A stretch of DNA of 64,000 nucleotides from the human T2T-CHM13v2.0 reference genome, Homo sapiens, in assembly GCF_009914755.1 (NCBI RefSeq), contig NC_060938.1, one strand, 5' to 3'. Below, piece after piece: positions 12,801 through 24,800 of the stretch (its first letter is position 1; each line of letters starts with the position of its first letter). The position numbers were made by a program, and so were the translations under genes. The notes below the pieces were generated by a model that was not told the DNA's origin, made no database searches, and saw only the letters and a list, made by a program, of their open reading frames with translations.

Positions 12801-15800
12801 GACTGTTTCAAAACTGCTCTGTCAATAGAAAGGTTCAACTCTGTTAGCTGCGTGCATATATCCCAAAGAAGATTCTGAGATTGCTTCTGTCTAGTTTTTA
12901 TGGGAAGATATTTCCCTTTTCACCGTAGGTGTCAAGGCGCTCCAAATGTCCACTTCCAGATACTACAAAAAGAGTGTTTCAAACCTACTCTGTGAAAGGG
13001 AATATTCAACTCTGTGACTTGAATGCACATATCACAAAGAAGTTTCTGAGAATGCTTCTGTCGAGATTTTATATGAAGATATTCCCGTTTCCAACGAAAT
13101 GCTGAAATCTATCCAAATATCCCCTTGCAGATTCTACAAAAAGAGTGTTTCAAAACTGCTCTGTGAAAAGAAAGGTTCAACTCTGTTAGTTGAGTACACA
13201 CATCACAAACAAGTTTCACAGAATGCTTCTTTCTAGCTTGTAGGGGAAGATATTCCCTTTATCACCATGGGCCTCCAACCGTCCGAAACATCCACTTCCA
13301 TATACTACAAAAAGAGCGTTTCAAACCTGCTCTATGAAAGGCAATGTTCAACTCTGTGACTTGAATGCAGACATCACAGAGCAGTTTCTGAGAATGCTTC
13401 TGTCTAGATTTTATAGGAAGATATTCCCGTTTCCAACGAAATCTTCACAGCTATCCAAATATCCACTTGCAGATTCTACAAAAAGAGTGTATCAAAACTG
13501 CTCTGTCAAAAGGAAGGTTCTTCTCTGTTAGGTGAGTGCATACGTCATAAAGGAGTTTCTGAGAATGTTTCTGTCTAGTGGTTATGGGAAGATATTTGCT
13601 TTTTCACCGTAGGCCTCAGAGCGCTCCAAATATCCACTTGCACATACTACAAAAAGAGTGCTTCAAAGCTGCTCTCTGAAACGGAATGTTCAACTCTATG
13701 AGTTGAATGCAAACATCACAAAGACGTTTCTGAGAATGCTTCTGTCTAGATTTGATATGAAGATATTCCCGTTTCCAACGAAATCTTCAAATCTATCCAA
13801 ATGTCCACTTGCAGATTCAACAAAAAGTGTTTTTCAGAACTGCTCTATCAAAAGAAAGATCCACCTCTGTTAGCTGAGTTCACACATCACAAACAAGTTT
13901 ATGAGAATGCTTCTGTCTAGTTTTTATTTGAAGATATTTCCTTTCTCACCATAGAGCTGAAAGCTGTCCTAATGTTCACTTCCAGATACTACAGAAAGAG
14001 TGTTTCAAAACTGCTGTACGAAAGGGAATGTTCAACTCTGTGACTTGAATGCACACATCACAAAGAAGTTTCTGAGGATGCTGCTGTCTACTTTTTATAC
14101 GTAATCCCGTTTCCAACGAAATCCTCCAAGCTATCCAAATATCCACTTGCAGATTCCACAGAAAGACTGTTTCAAAACTGCTCTGTCAATAGAAAGGTTC
14201 AACTCTGTTAGCTGCATGCATATATCCCAAAGAAGATTCTGAGATTGCTTCTGTCTAGTTTTTATGGGAAGATATTTCCCTTTTCACCGTAGGCGTCAAG
14301 GCGCTCCAAATGTCCACTTCCAGATACTACAAAAAGAGTGTTTCAAACCTACTCTGTGAAAGGGAATATTCAACTCTGTGACTTGAATGCACATATCACA
14401 AGGAAGTTTCTGAGAATGCTTCTGTCGAGATTTTATATGAAGATATTCCCGTTTCCAACGAAATCCTGAAATCTATCCAAATATCCCCTTGCAGATTCTA
14501 CAAAAAGAGTGTTTCAAAACTGCTCTGTAAAAAGAAAGGTTCAACTCTGTTAGTTGAGTACACACATCACAAACAAGTTTCACACAATGCTTCTTTCTAG
14601 CTTGTAGGGGAAGATATTCCCTTTATCACCATGGGCCTCAAACCGTCCGATAAGTCCACTTCCATATACTACAAAAAGAGCGTTTCAAACCTGCTCTATG
14701 AAAGGCAATGTTCAACTCTGTGACTTGAATGCAGACATCACAGAGCAGTTTCTGAGAATGCTTCTGTCTAGATTTTATAGGAAGATATTCCCGTTTCCAA
14801 CGAAATCTTCACAGCTATCCAAATATCCACTTGCAGATTCTACAAAAAGAGTGTATCAAAACTGCTCTGTCAAAAGGAAGGTTCTTTTCTGTTAGGTGAG
14901 TGCATACGTCATAAAGGAGTTTCTGAGAATGTTTCTGTCTAGTGGTTATGGGAAGATATTTGCTTTTTCACCGTAGGCCTCAGAGCGCTCCAAATATCCA
15001 CTTGCACATACTACAAAAAGAGTGCCTCAAAGCTGCTCTCTGAAACGGAATGTTCAACTCTATGAGTTGAATGCAAACATCGCAAAGACGTTTCTGAGAA
15101 TGCTTCTGTCTAGATTTGATATGAAGATATTCCCGTTTCCAACGAAATCTTCAAATCTATCCAAATGTCCACTTGCAGATTCAACAAAAAGTGTTTTTCA
15201 GAACTGCTCTATCAAAAGAAAGATCCACCTCTGTTAGCTGAGTTCACACATCACAAACAAGTTTATGAGAATGCTTCTGTCTAGTTTTTATTTGAAGATA
15301 TTTCCTTTCTCACCATAGAGCTGAAAGCTGTCCTAATGTTCACTTCCAGATACTACAGAAAGAGTGTTTCAAAACTGCTGTACGAAAGGGAATGTTCAAC
15401 TCTGTGACTTGAATGCACACATCACAAAGAAGTTTCTGAGGATGCTGCTGTCTACTTTTTATACGTAATCCCGTTTCCAACGAAATCCTCCAAGCTATCC
15501 AAATATCCACTTGCAGATTCCACAGAAAGACTGTTTCAAAACTGCTCTGTCAATAGAAAGGTTCAACTCTGTTAGCTGCGTGCATATATCCCAAAGAAGA
15601 TTCTGAGATTGCTTCTGTCTAGTTTTTATGGGAAGATATTTCCCTTTTCACCGTAGGCGTCAAGGCGCTCCAAATGTCCACTTCCAGATACTACAAAAAG
15701 AGTGTTTCAAACCTACTCTGTGAAAGGGAATATTCAACTCTGTGACTTGAATGCACATATCACAAAGAAGTTTCTGAGAATGCTTCTGTCGAGATTTTAT

Positions 15801-18800
15801 ATGAAGATATTCCCGTTTCCAACGAAATGCTGAAATCTATCCAAATATCCCCTCGCAGATTCTACAAAAAGAGTGTTTCAAAACTGCTCTGTGAAAAGAA
15901 AGGTTCAACTCTGTTAGTTGAGTACACACATCACAAACAAGTTTCACAGAATGCTTCTTTCTAGCTTGTAGGGGAAGATATTCCCTTTATCACCATGGGC
16001 CTCCAACCGTCCGAAACATCCACTTCCATATACTACAAAAAGAGCGTTTCAAACCTGCTCTATGAAAGGCAATGTTCAACTCTGTGACTTGAATGCAGAC
16101 ATCACAGAGCAGTTTCTGAGAATGCTTCTGTCTAGATTTTATAGGAAGATATTCCCGTTTCCAACGAAATCTTCACAGCTATCCAAATATCCACTTGCAG
16201 ATTCTACAAAAAGAGTGTATCAAAACTGCTCTGTCAAAAGGAAGGTTCTTCTCTGTTAGGTGAGTGCATACGTCATAAAGGAGTTTCTGAGAATGTTTCT
16301 GTCTAGTGGTTATGGGAAGATATTTGCTTTTTCACCGTAGGCCTCAGAGCGCTCCAAATATCCACTTGCACATACTACAAAAAGAGTGCTTCAAAGCTGC
16401 TCTCTGAAACGGAATGTTCAACTCTATGAGTTGAATGCAAACATCACAAAGACGTTTCTGAGAATGCTTCTGTCTAGATTTGATATGAAGATATTCCCGT
16501 TTCCAACGAAATCTTCAAATCTATCCAAATGTCCACTTGCAGATTCAACAAAAAGTGTTTTTCAGAACTGCTCTATCAAAAGAAAGATCCACCTCTGTTA
16601 GCTGAGTTCACACATCACAAACAAGTTTATGAGAATGCTTCTGTCTAGTTTTTATTTGAAGATATTTCCTTTCTCACCATAGAGCTGAAAGCTGTCCTAA
16701 TGTTCACTTCCAGATACTACAGAAAGAGTGTTTCAAAACTGCTGTACGAAAGGGAATGTTCAACTCTGTGACTTGAATGCACACATCACAAAGAAGTTTC
16801 TGAGGATGCTGCTGTCTACTTTTTATACGTAATCCCGTTTCCAACGAAATCCTCCAAGCTATCCAAATATCCACTTGCAGATTCCACAGAAAGACTGTTT
16901 CAAAACTGCTCTGTCAATAGAAAGGTTCAACTCTGTTAGCTGCATGCATATATCCCAAAGAAGATTCTGAGATTGCTTCTGTCTAGTTTTTATGGGAAGA
17001 TATTTCCCTTTTCACCGTAGGCGTCAAGGCGCTCCAAATGTCCACTTCCAGATACTACAAAAAGAGTGTTTCAAACCTACTCTGTGAAAGGGAATATTCA
17101 ACTCTGTGACTTGAATGCACATATCACAAGGAAGTTTCTGAGAATGCTTCTGTCGAGATTTTATATGAAGATATTCCCGTTTCCAACGAAATCCTGAAAT
17201 CTATCCAAATATCCCCTTGCAGATTCTACAAAAAGAGTGTTTCAAAACTGCTCTGTAAAAAGAAAGGTTCAACTCTGTTAGTTGAGTACACACATCACAA
17301 ACAAGTTTCACACAATGCTTCTTTCTAGCTTGTAGGGGAAGATATTCCCTTTATCACCATGGGCCTCAAACCGTCCGATAAGTCCACTTCCATATACTAC
17401 AAAAAGAGCGTTTCAAACCTGCTCTATGAAAGGCAATGTTCAACTCTGTGACTTGAATGCAGACATCACAGAGCAGTTTCTGAGAATGCTTCTGTCTAGA
17501 TTTTATAGGAAGATATTCCCGTTTCCAACGAAATCTTCACAGCTATCCAAATATCCACTTGCAGATTCTACAAAAAGAGTGTATCAAAACTGCTCTGTCA
17601 AAAGGAAGGTTCTTTTCTGTTAGGTGAGTGCATACGTCATAAAGGAGTTTCTGAGAATGTTTCTGTCTAGTGGTTATGGGAAGATATTTGCTTTTTCACC
17701 GTAGGCCTCAGAGCGCTCCAAATATCCACTTGCACATACTACAAAAAGAGTGCCTCAAAGCTGCTCTCTGAAACGGAATGTTCAACTCTATGAGTTGAAT
17801 GCAAACATCGCAAAGACGTTTCTGAGAATGCTTCTGTCTAGATTTGATATGAAGATATTCCCGTTTCCAACGAAATCTTCAAATCTATCCAAATGTCCAC
17901 TTGCAGATTCAACAAAAAGTGTTTTTCAGAACTGCTCTATCAAAAGAAAGATCCACCTCTGTTAGCTGAGTTCACACATCACAAACAAGTTTATGAGAAT
18001 GCTTCTGTCTAGTTTTTATTTGAAGATATTTCCTTTCTCACCATAGAGCTGAAAGCTGTCCTAATGTTCACTTCCAGATACTACAGAAAGAGTGTTTCAA
18101 AACTGCTGTACGAAAGGGAATGTTCAACTCTGTGACTTGAATGCACACATCACAAAGAAGTTTCTGAGGATGCTGCTGTCTACTTTTTATACGTAATCCC
18201 GTTTCCAACGAAATCCTCCAAGCTATCCAAATATCCACTTGCAGATTCCACAGAAAGACTGTTTCAAAACTGCTCTGTCAATAGAAAGGTTCAACTCTGT
18301 TAGCTGCGTGCATATATCCCAAAGAAGATTCTGAGATTGCTTCTGTCTAGGTTTTATGGGAAGATATTTCCCTTTTCACCGTAGGCGTCAAGGCGCTCCA
18401 AATGTCCACTTCCAGATACTACAAAAAGAGTGTTTCAAACCTACTCTGTGAAAGGGAATATTCAACTCTGTGACTTGAATGCACATATCACAAAGAAGTT
18501 TCTGAGAATGCTTCTGTCGAGATTTTATATGAAGATATTCCCGTTTCCAACGAAATGCTGAAATCTATCCAAATATCCCCTCGCAGATTCTACAAAAAGA
18601 GTGTTTCAAAACTGCTCTGTGAAAAGAAAGGTTCAACTCTGTTAGTTGAGTACACACATCAGAAACAAGTTTCACAGAATGCTTCTTTCTAGCTTGTAGG
18701 GGAAGATATTCCCTTTATCACCATGGGCCTCCAACCGTCCGAAACATCCACTTCCATATACTACAAAAAGAGCGTTTCAAACCTGCTCTATGAAAGGCAA

Positions 18801-20458
18801 TGTTCAACTCTGTGACTTGAATGCAGACATCACAGAGCAGTTTCTGAGAATGCTTCTGTCTAGATTTTATAGGAAGATATTCCCGTTTCCAACGAAATCT
18901 TCACAGCTATCCAAATATCCACTTGCAGATTCTACAAAAAGAGTGTATCAAAACTGCTCTGTCAAAAGGAAGGTTCTTCTCTGTTAGGTGAGTGCATACG
19001 TCATAAAGGAGTTTCTGAGAATGTTTCTGTCTAGTGGTTATGGGAAGATATTTGCTTTTTCACCGTAGGCCTCAGAGCGCTCCAAATATCCACTTGCACA
19101 TACTACAAAAAGAGTGCTTCAAAGCTGCTCTCTGAAACGGAATGTTCAACTCTATGAGTTGAATGCAAACATCACAAAGACGTTTCTGAGAATGCTTCTG
19201 TCTAGATTTGATATGAAGATATTCCCGTTTCCAACGAAATCTTCAAATCTATCCAAATGTCCACTTGCAGATTCAACAAAAAGTGTTTTTCAGAACTGCT
19301 CTATCAAAAGAAAGATCCACCTCTGTTAGCTGAGTTCACACATCACAAACAAGTTTATGAGAATGCTTCTGTCTAGTTTTTATTTGAAGATATTTCCTTT
19401 CTCACCATAGAGCTGAAAGCTGTCCTAATGTTCACTTCCAGATACTACAGAAAGAGTGTTTCAAAACTGCTGTACGAAAGGGAATGTTCAACTCTGTGAC
19501 TTGAATGCACACATCACAAAGAAGTTTCTGAGGATGCTGCTGTCTACTTTTTATACGTAATCCCGTTTCCAACGAAATCCTCCAAGCTATCCAAATATCC
19601 ACTTGCAGATTCCACAGAAAGACTGTTTCAAAACTGCTCTGTCAATAGAAAGGTTCAACTCTGTTAGCTGCATGCATATATCCCAAAGAAGATTCTGAGA
19701 TTGCTTCTGTCTAGTTTTTATGGGAAGATATTTCCCTTTTCACCGTAGGCGTCAAGGCGCTCCAAATGTCCACTTCCAGATACTACAAAAAGAGTGTTTC
19801 AAACCTACTCTGTGAAAGGGAATATTCAACTCTGTGACTTGAATGCACATATCACAAGGAAGTTTCTGAGAATGCTTCTGTCGAGATTTTATATGAAGAT
19901 ATTCCCGTTTCCAACGAAATCCTGAAATCTATCCAAATATCCCCTCGCAGATTCTACAAAAAGAGTGTTTCAAAACTGCTCTGTAAAAAGAAAGGTTCAA
20001 CTCTGTTAGTTGAGTACACACATCACAAACAAGTTTCACACAATGCTTCTTTCTAGCTTGTAGGGGAAGATATTCCCTTTATCACCATGGGCCTCAAACC
20101 GTCCGATAAGTCCACTTCCATATACTACAAAAAGAGCGTTTCAAACCTGCTCTATGAAAGGCAATGTTCAACTCTGTGACTTGAATGCAGACATCACAGA
20201 GCAGTTTCTGAGAATGCTTCTGTCTAGATTTTATAGGAAGATATTCCCGTTTCCAACGAAATCTTCACAGCTATCCAAATATCCACTTGCAGATTCTACA
20301 AAAAGAGTGTATCAAAACTGCTCTGTCAAAAGGAAGGTTCTTTTCTGTTAGGTGAGTGCATACGTCATAAAGGAGTTTCTGAGAATGTTTCTGTCTAGTG
20401 GTTATGGGAAGATATTTGCTTTTTCACCGTAGGCCTCAGAGCGCTCCAAATATCCACT

Positions 20459-21821
20459 TGCACATACTACAAAAAGAGTGCCTCAAAGCTGCTCTCTGAA
20501 ACGGAATGTTCAACTCTATGAGTTGAATGCAAACATCGCAAAGACGTTTCTGAGAATGCTTCTGTCTAGATTTGATATGAAGATATTCCCGTTTCCAACG
20601 AAATCTTCAAATCTATCCAAATGTCCACTTGCAGATTCAACAAAAAGTGTTTTTCAGAACTGCTCTATCAAAAGAAAGATCCACCTCTGTTAGCTGAGTT
20701 CACACATCACAAACAAGTTTATGAGAATGCTTCTGTCTAGTTTTTATTTGAAGATATTTCCTTTCTCACCATAGAGCTGAAAGCTGTCCTAATGTTCACT
20801 TCCAGATACTACAGAAAGAGTGTTTCAAAACTGCTGTACGAAAGGGAATGTTCAACTCTGTGACTTGAATGCACACATCACAAAGAAGTTTCTGAGGATG
20901 CTGCTGTCTACTTTTTATACGTAATCCCGTTTCCAACGAAATCCTCCAAGCTATCCAAATATCCACTTGCAGATTCCACAGAAAGACTGTTTCAAAACTG
21001 CTCTGTCAATAGAAAGGTTCAACTCTGTTAGCTGCGTGCATATATCCCAAAGAAGATTCTGAGATTGCTTCTGTCTAGTTTTTATGGGAAGATATTTCCC
21101 TTTTCACCGTAGGCGTCAAGGCGCTCCAAATGTCCACTTCCAGATACTACAAAAAGAGTGTTTCAAACCTACTCTGTGAAAGGGAATATTCAACTCTGTG
21201 ACTTGAGTGCACATATCACAAAGAAGTTTCTGAGAATGCTTCTGTCGAGATTTTATATGAAGATATTCCCGTTTCCAACGAAATGCTGAAATGTATCCAA
21301 ATATCCCCTCGCAGATTCTACAAAAAGAGTGTTTCAAAACTGCTCTGTGAAAAGAAAGGTTCAACTCTGTTAGTTGAGTACACACATCACAAACAAGTTT
21401 CACAGAATGCTTCTTTCTAGCTTGTAGGGAAGATATTCCCTTTATCACCATGGGCCTCCAACCGTCCGAAACATCCACTTCCATATACTACAAAAAGAGC
21501 GTTTCAAACCTGCTCTATGAAAGGCAATGTTCAACTCTGTGACTTGAATGCAGACATCACAGAGCAGTTTCTGAGAATGCTTCTGTCTAGATTTTATAGG
21601 AAGATATTCCCGTTTCCAACGAAATCTTCACAGCTATCCAAATATCCACTTGCAGATTCTACAAAAAGAGTGTATCAAAACTGCTCTGTCAAAAGGAAGG
21701 TTCTTCTCTGTTAGGTGAGTGCATACGTCATAAAGGAGTTTCTGAGAATGTTTCTGTCTAGTGGTTATGGGAAGATATTTGCTTTTTCACCGTAGGCCTC
21801 AGAGCGCTCCAAATATCCACT
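20459..21821 (-). repeat. 1363-bp HOR variant (U16) with a 1-bp deletion in a G run
   Basis: cttgtagggaagat at about 21421-21434 versus consensus cttgtaggggaagat. ORF spacing 20478 to 21841 is 1363. Confidence 0.9.
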
Positions 21822-24800
21822 TGCACATACTACAAAAAGAGTGCTTCAAAGCTGCTCTCTGAAACGGAATGTTCAACTCTATGAGTTGAATGCAAACATC
21901 ACAAAGACGTTTCTGAGAATGCTTCTGTCTAGATTTGATATGAAGATATTCCCGTTTCCAACGAAATCTTCAAATCTATCCAAATGTCCACTTGCAGATT
22001 CAACAAAAAGTGTTTTTCAGAACTGCTCTATCAAAAGAAAGATCTACCTCTGTTAGCTGAGTTCACACATCACAAACAAGTTTATGAGAATGCTTCTGTC
22101 TAGTTTTTATTTGAAGATATTTCCTTTCTCACCATAGAGCTGAAAGCTGTCCTAATGTTCACTTCCAGATACTACAGAAAGAGTGTTTCAAAACTGCTGT
22201 ACGAAAGGGAATGTTCAACTCTGTGACTTGAATGCACACATCACAGAGAAGTTTCTGAGGATGCTGCTGTCTACTTTTTATACGTAATCCCGTTTCCAAC
22301 GAAATCCTCCAAGCTATCCAAATATCCACTTGCAGATTCCACAGAAAGACTGTTTCAAAACTGCTCTGTCAATAGAAAGGTTCAACTCTGTTAGCTGCAT
22401 GCATATATCCCAAAGAAGATTCTGAGATTGCTTCTGTCTAGTTTTTATGGGAAGATATTTCCCTTTTCACCGTAGGCGTCAAGGCGCTCCAAATGTCCAC
22501 TTCCAGATACTACAAAAAGAGTGTTTCAAACCTACTCTGTGAAAGGGAATATTCAACTCTGTGACTTGAATGCACATATCACAAGGAAGTTTCTGAGAAT
22601 GCTTCTGTCGAGATTTTATATGAAGATATTCCCGTTTCCAACGAAATCCTGAAATGTATCCAAATATCCCCTTGCAGATTCTACAAAAAGAGTGTTTCAA
22701 AACTGCTCTGTAAAAAGAAAGGTTCAACTCTGTTAGTTGAGTACACACATCACAAACAAGTTTCACACAATGCTTCTTTCTAGCTTGTAGGGGAAGATAT
22801 TCCCTTTATCACCATGGGCCTCAAACCGTCCGATAAGTCCACTTCCATATACTACAAAAAGAGCGTTTCAAACCTGCTCTATGAAAGGCAATGTTCAACT
22901 CTGTGACTTGAATGCAGACATCACAGAGCAGTTTCTGAGAATGCTTCTGTCTAGATTTTATAGGAAGATATTCCCGTTTCCAACGAAATCTTCACAGCTA
23001 TCCAAATATCCACTTGCAGATTCTACAAAAAGAGTGTATCAAAACTGCTCTGTCAAAAGGAAGGTTCTTCTCTGTTAGGTGAGTGCATACGTCATAAAGG
23101 AGTTTCTGAGAATGTTTCTGTCTAGTGGTTATGGGAAGATATTTGCTTTTTCACCGTAGGCCTCAGAGCGCTCCAAATATCCACTTGCACATACTACAAA
23201 AAGAGTGCCTCAAAGCTGCTCTCTGAAACGGAATGTTCAACTCTATGAGTTGAATGCAAACATCGCAAAGACGTTTCTGAGAATGCTTCTGTCTAGATTT
23301 GATATGAAGATATTCCCGTTTCCAACGAAATCTTCAAATCTATCCAAATGTCCACTTGCAGATTCAACAAAAAGTGTTTTTCAGAACTGCTCTATCAAAA
23401 GAAAGATCCACCTCTGTTAGCTGAGTTCACACATCACAAACAAGTTTATGAGAATGCTTCTGTCTAGTTTTTATTTGAAGATATTTCCTTTCTCACCATA
23501 GAGCTGAAAGCTGTCCTAATGTTCACTTCCAGATACTACAGAAAGAGTGTTTCAAAACTGCTGTACGAAAGGGAATGTTCAACTCTGTGACTTGAATGCA
23601 CACATCACAAAGAAGTTTCTGAGGATGCTGCTGTCTACTTTTTATACGTAATCCCGTTTCCAACGAAATCCTCCAAGCTATCCAAATATCCACTTGCAGA
23701 TTCCACAGAAAGACTGTTTCAAAACTGCTCTGTCAATAGAAAGGTTCAACTCTGTTAGCTGCGTGCATATATCCCAAAGAAGATTCTGAGATTGCTTCTG
23801 TCTAGTTTTTATGGGAAGATATTTCCCTTTTCACCGTAGGCGTCAAGGCGCTCCAAATGTCCACTTCCAGATACTACAAAAAGAGTGTTTCAAACCTACT
23901 CTGTGAAAGGGAATATTCAACTCTGTGACTTGAATGCACATATCACAAGGAAGTTTCTGAGAATGCTTCTGTCGAGATTTTATATGAAGATATTCCCGTT
24001 TCCAACGAAATCCTGAAATCTATCCAAATATCCCCTCGCAGATTCTACAAAAAGAGTGTTTCAAAACTGCTCTGTAAAAAGAAAGGTTCAACTCTGTTAG
24101 TTGAGTACACACATCACAAACAAGTTTCACACAATGCTTCTTTCTAGCTTGTAGGGGAAGATATTCCCTTTATCACCATGGGCCTCAAACCGTCCGATAA
24201 GTCCACTTCCATATACTACAAAAAGAGCGTTTCAAACCTGCTCTATGAAAGGCAATGTTCAACTCTGTGACTTGAATGCAGACATCACAGAGCAGTTTCT
24301 GAGAATGCTTCTGTCTAGATTTTATAGGAAGATATTCCCGTTTCCAACGAAATCTTCACAGCTATCCAAATATCCACTTGCAGATTCTACAAAAAGAGTG
24401 TATCAAAACTGCTCTGTCAAAAGGAAGGTTCTTTTCTGTTAGGTGAGTGCATACGTCATAAAGGAGTTTCTGAGAATGTTTCTGTCTAGTGGTTATGGGA
24501 AGATATTTGCTTTTTCACCGTAGGCCTCAGAGCGCTCCAAATATCCACTTGCACATACTACAAAAAGAGTGCCTCAAAGCTGCTCTCTGAAACGGAATGT
24601 TCAACTCTATGAGTTGAATGCAAACATCGCAAAGACGTTTCTGAGAATGCTTCTGTCTAGATTTGATATGAAGATATTCCCTTTTCCAACGAAATCTTCA
24701 AATCTATCCAAATGTCCACTTGCAGATTCAACAAAAAGTGTTTTTCAGAACTGCTCTATCAAAAGAAAGATCCACCTCTGTTAGCTGAGTTCACACATCA

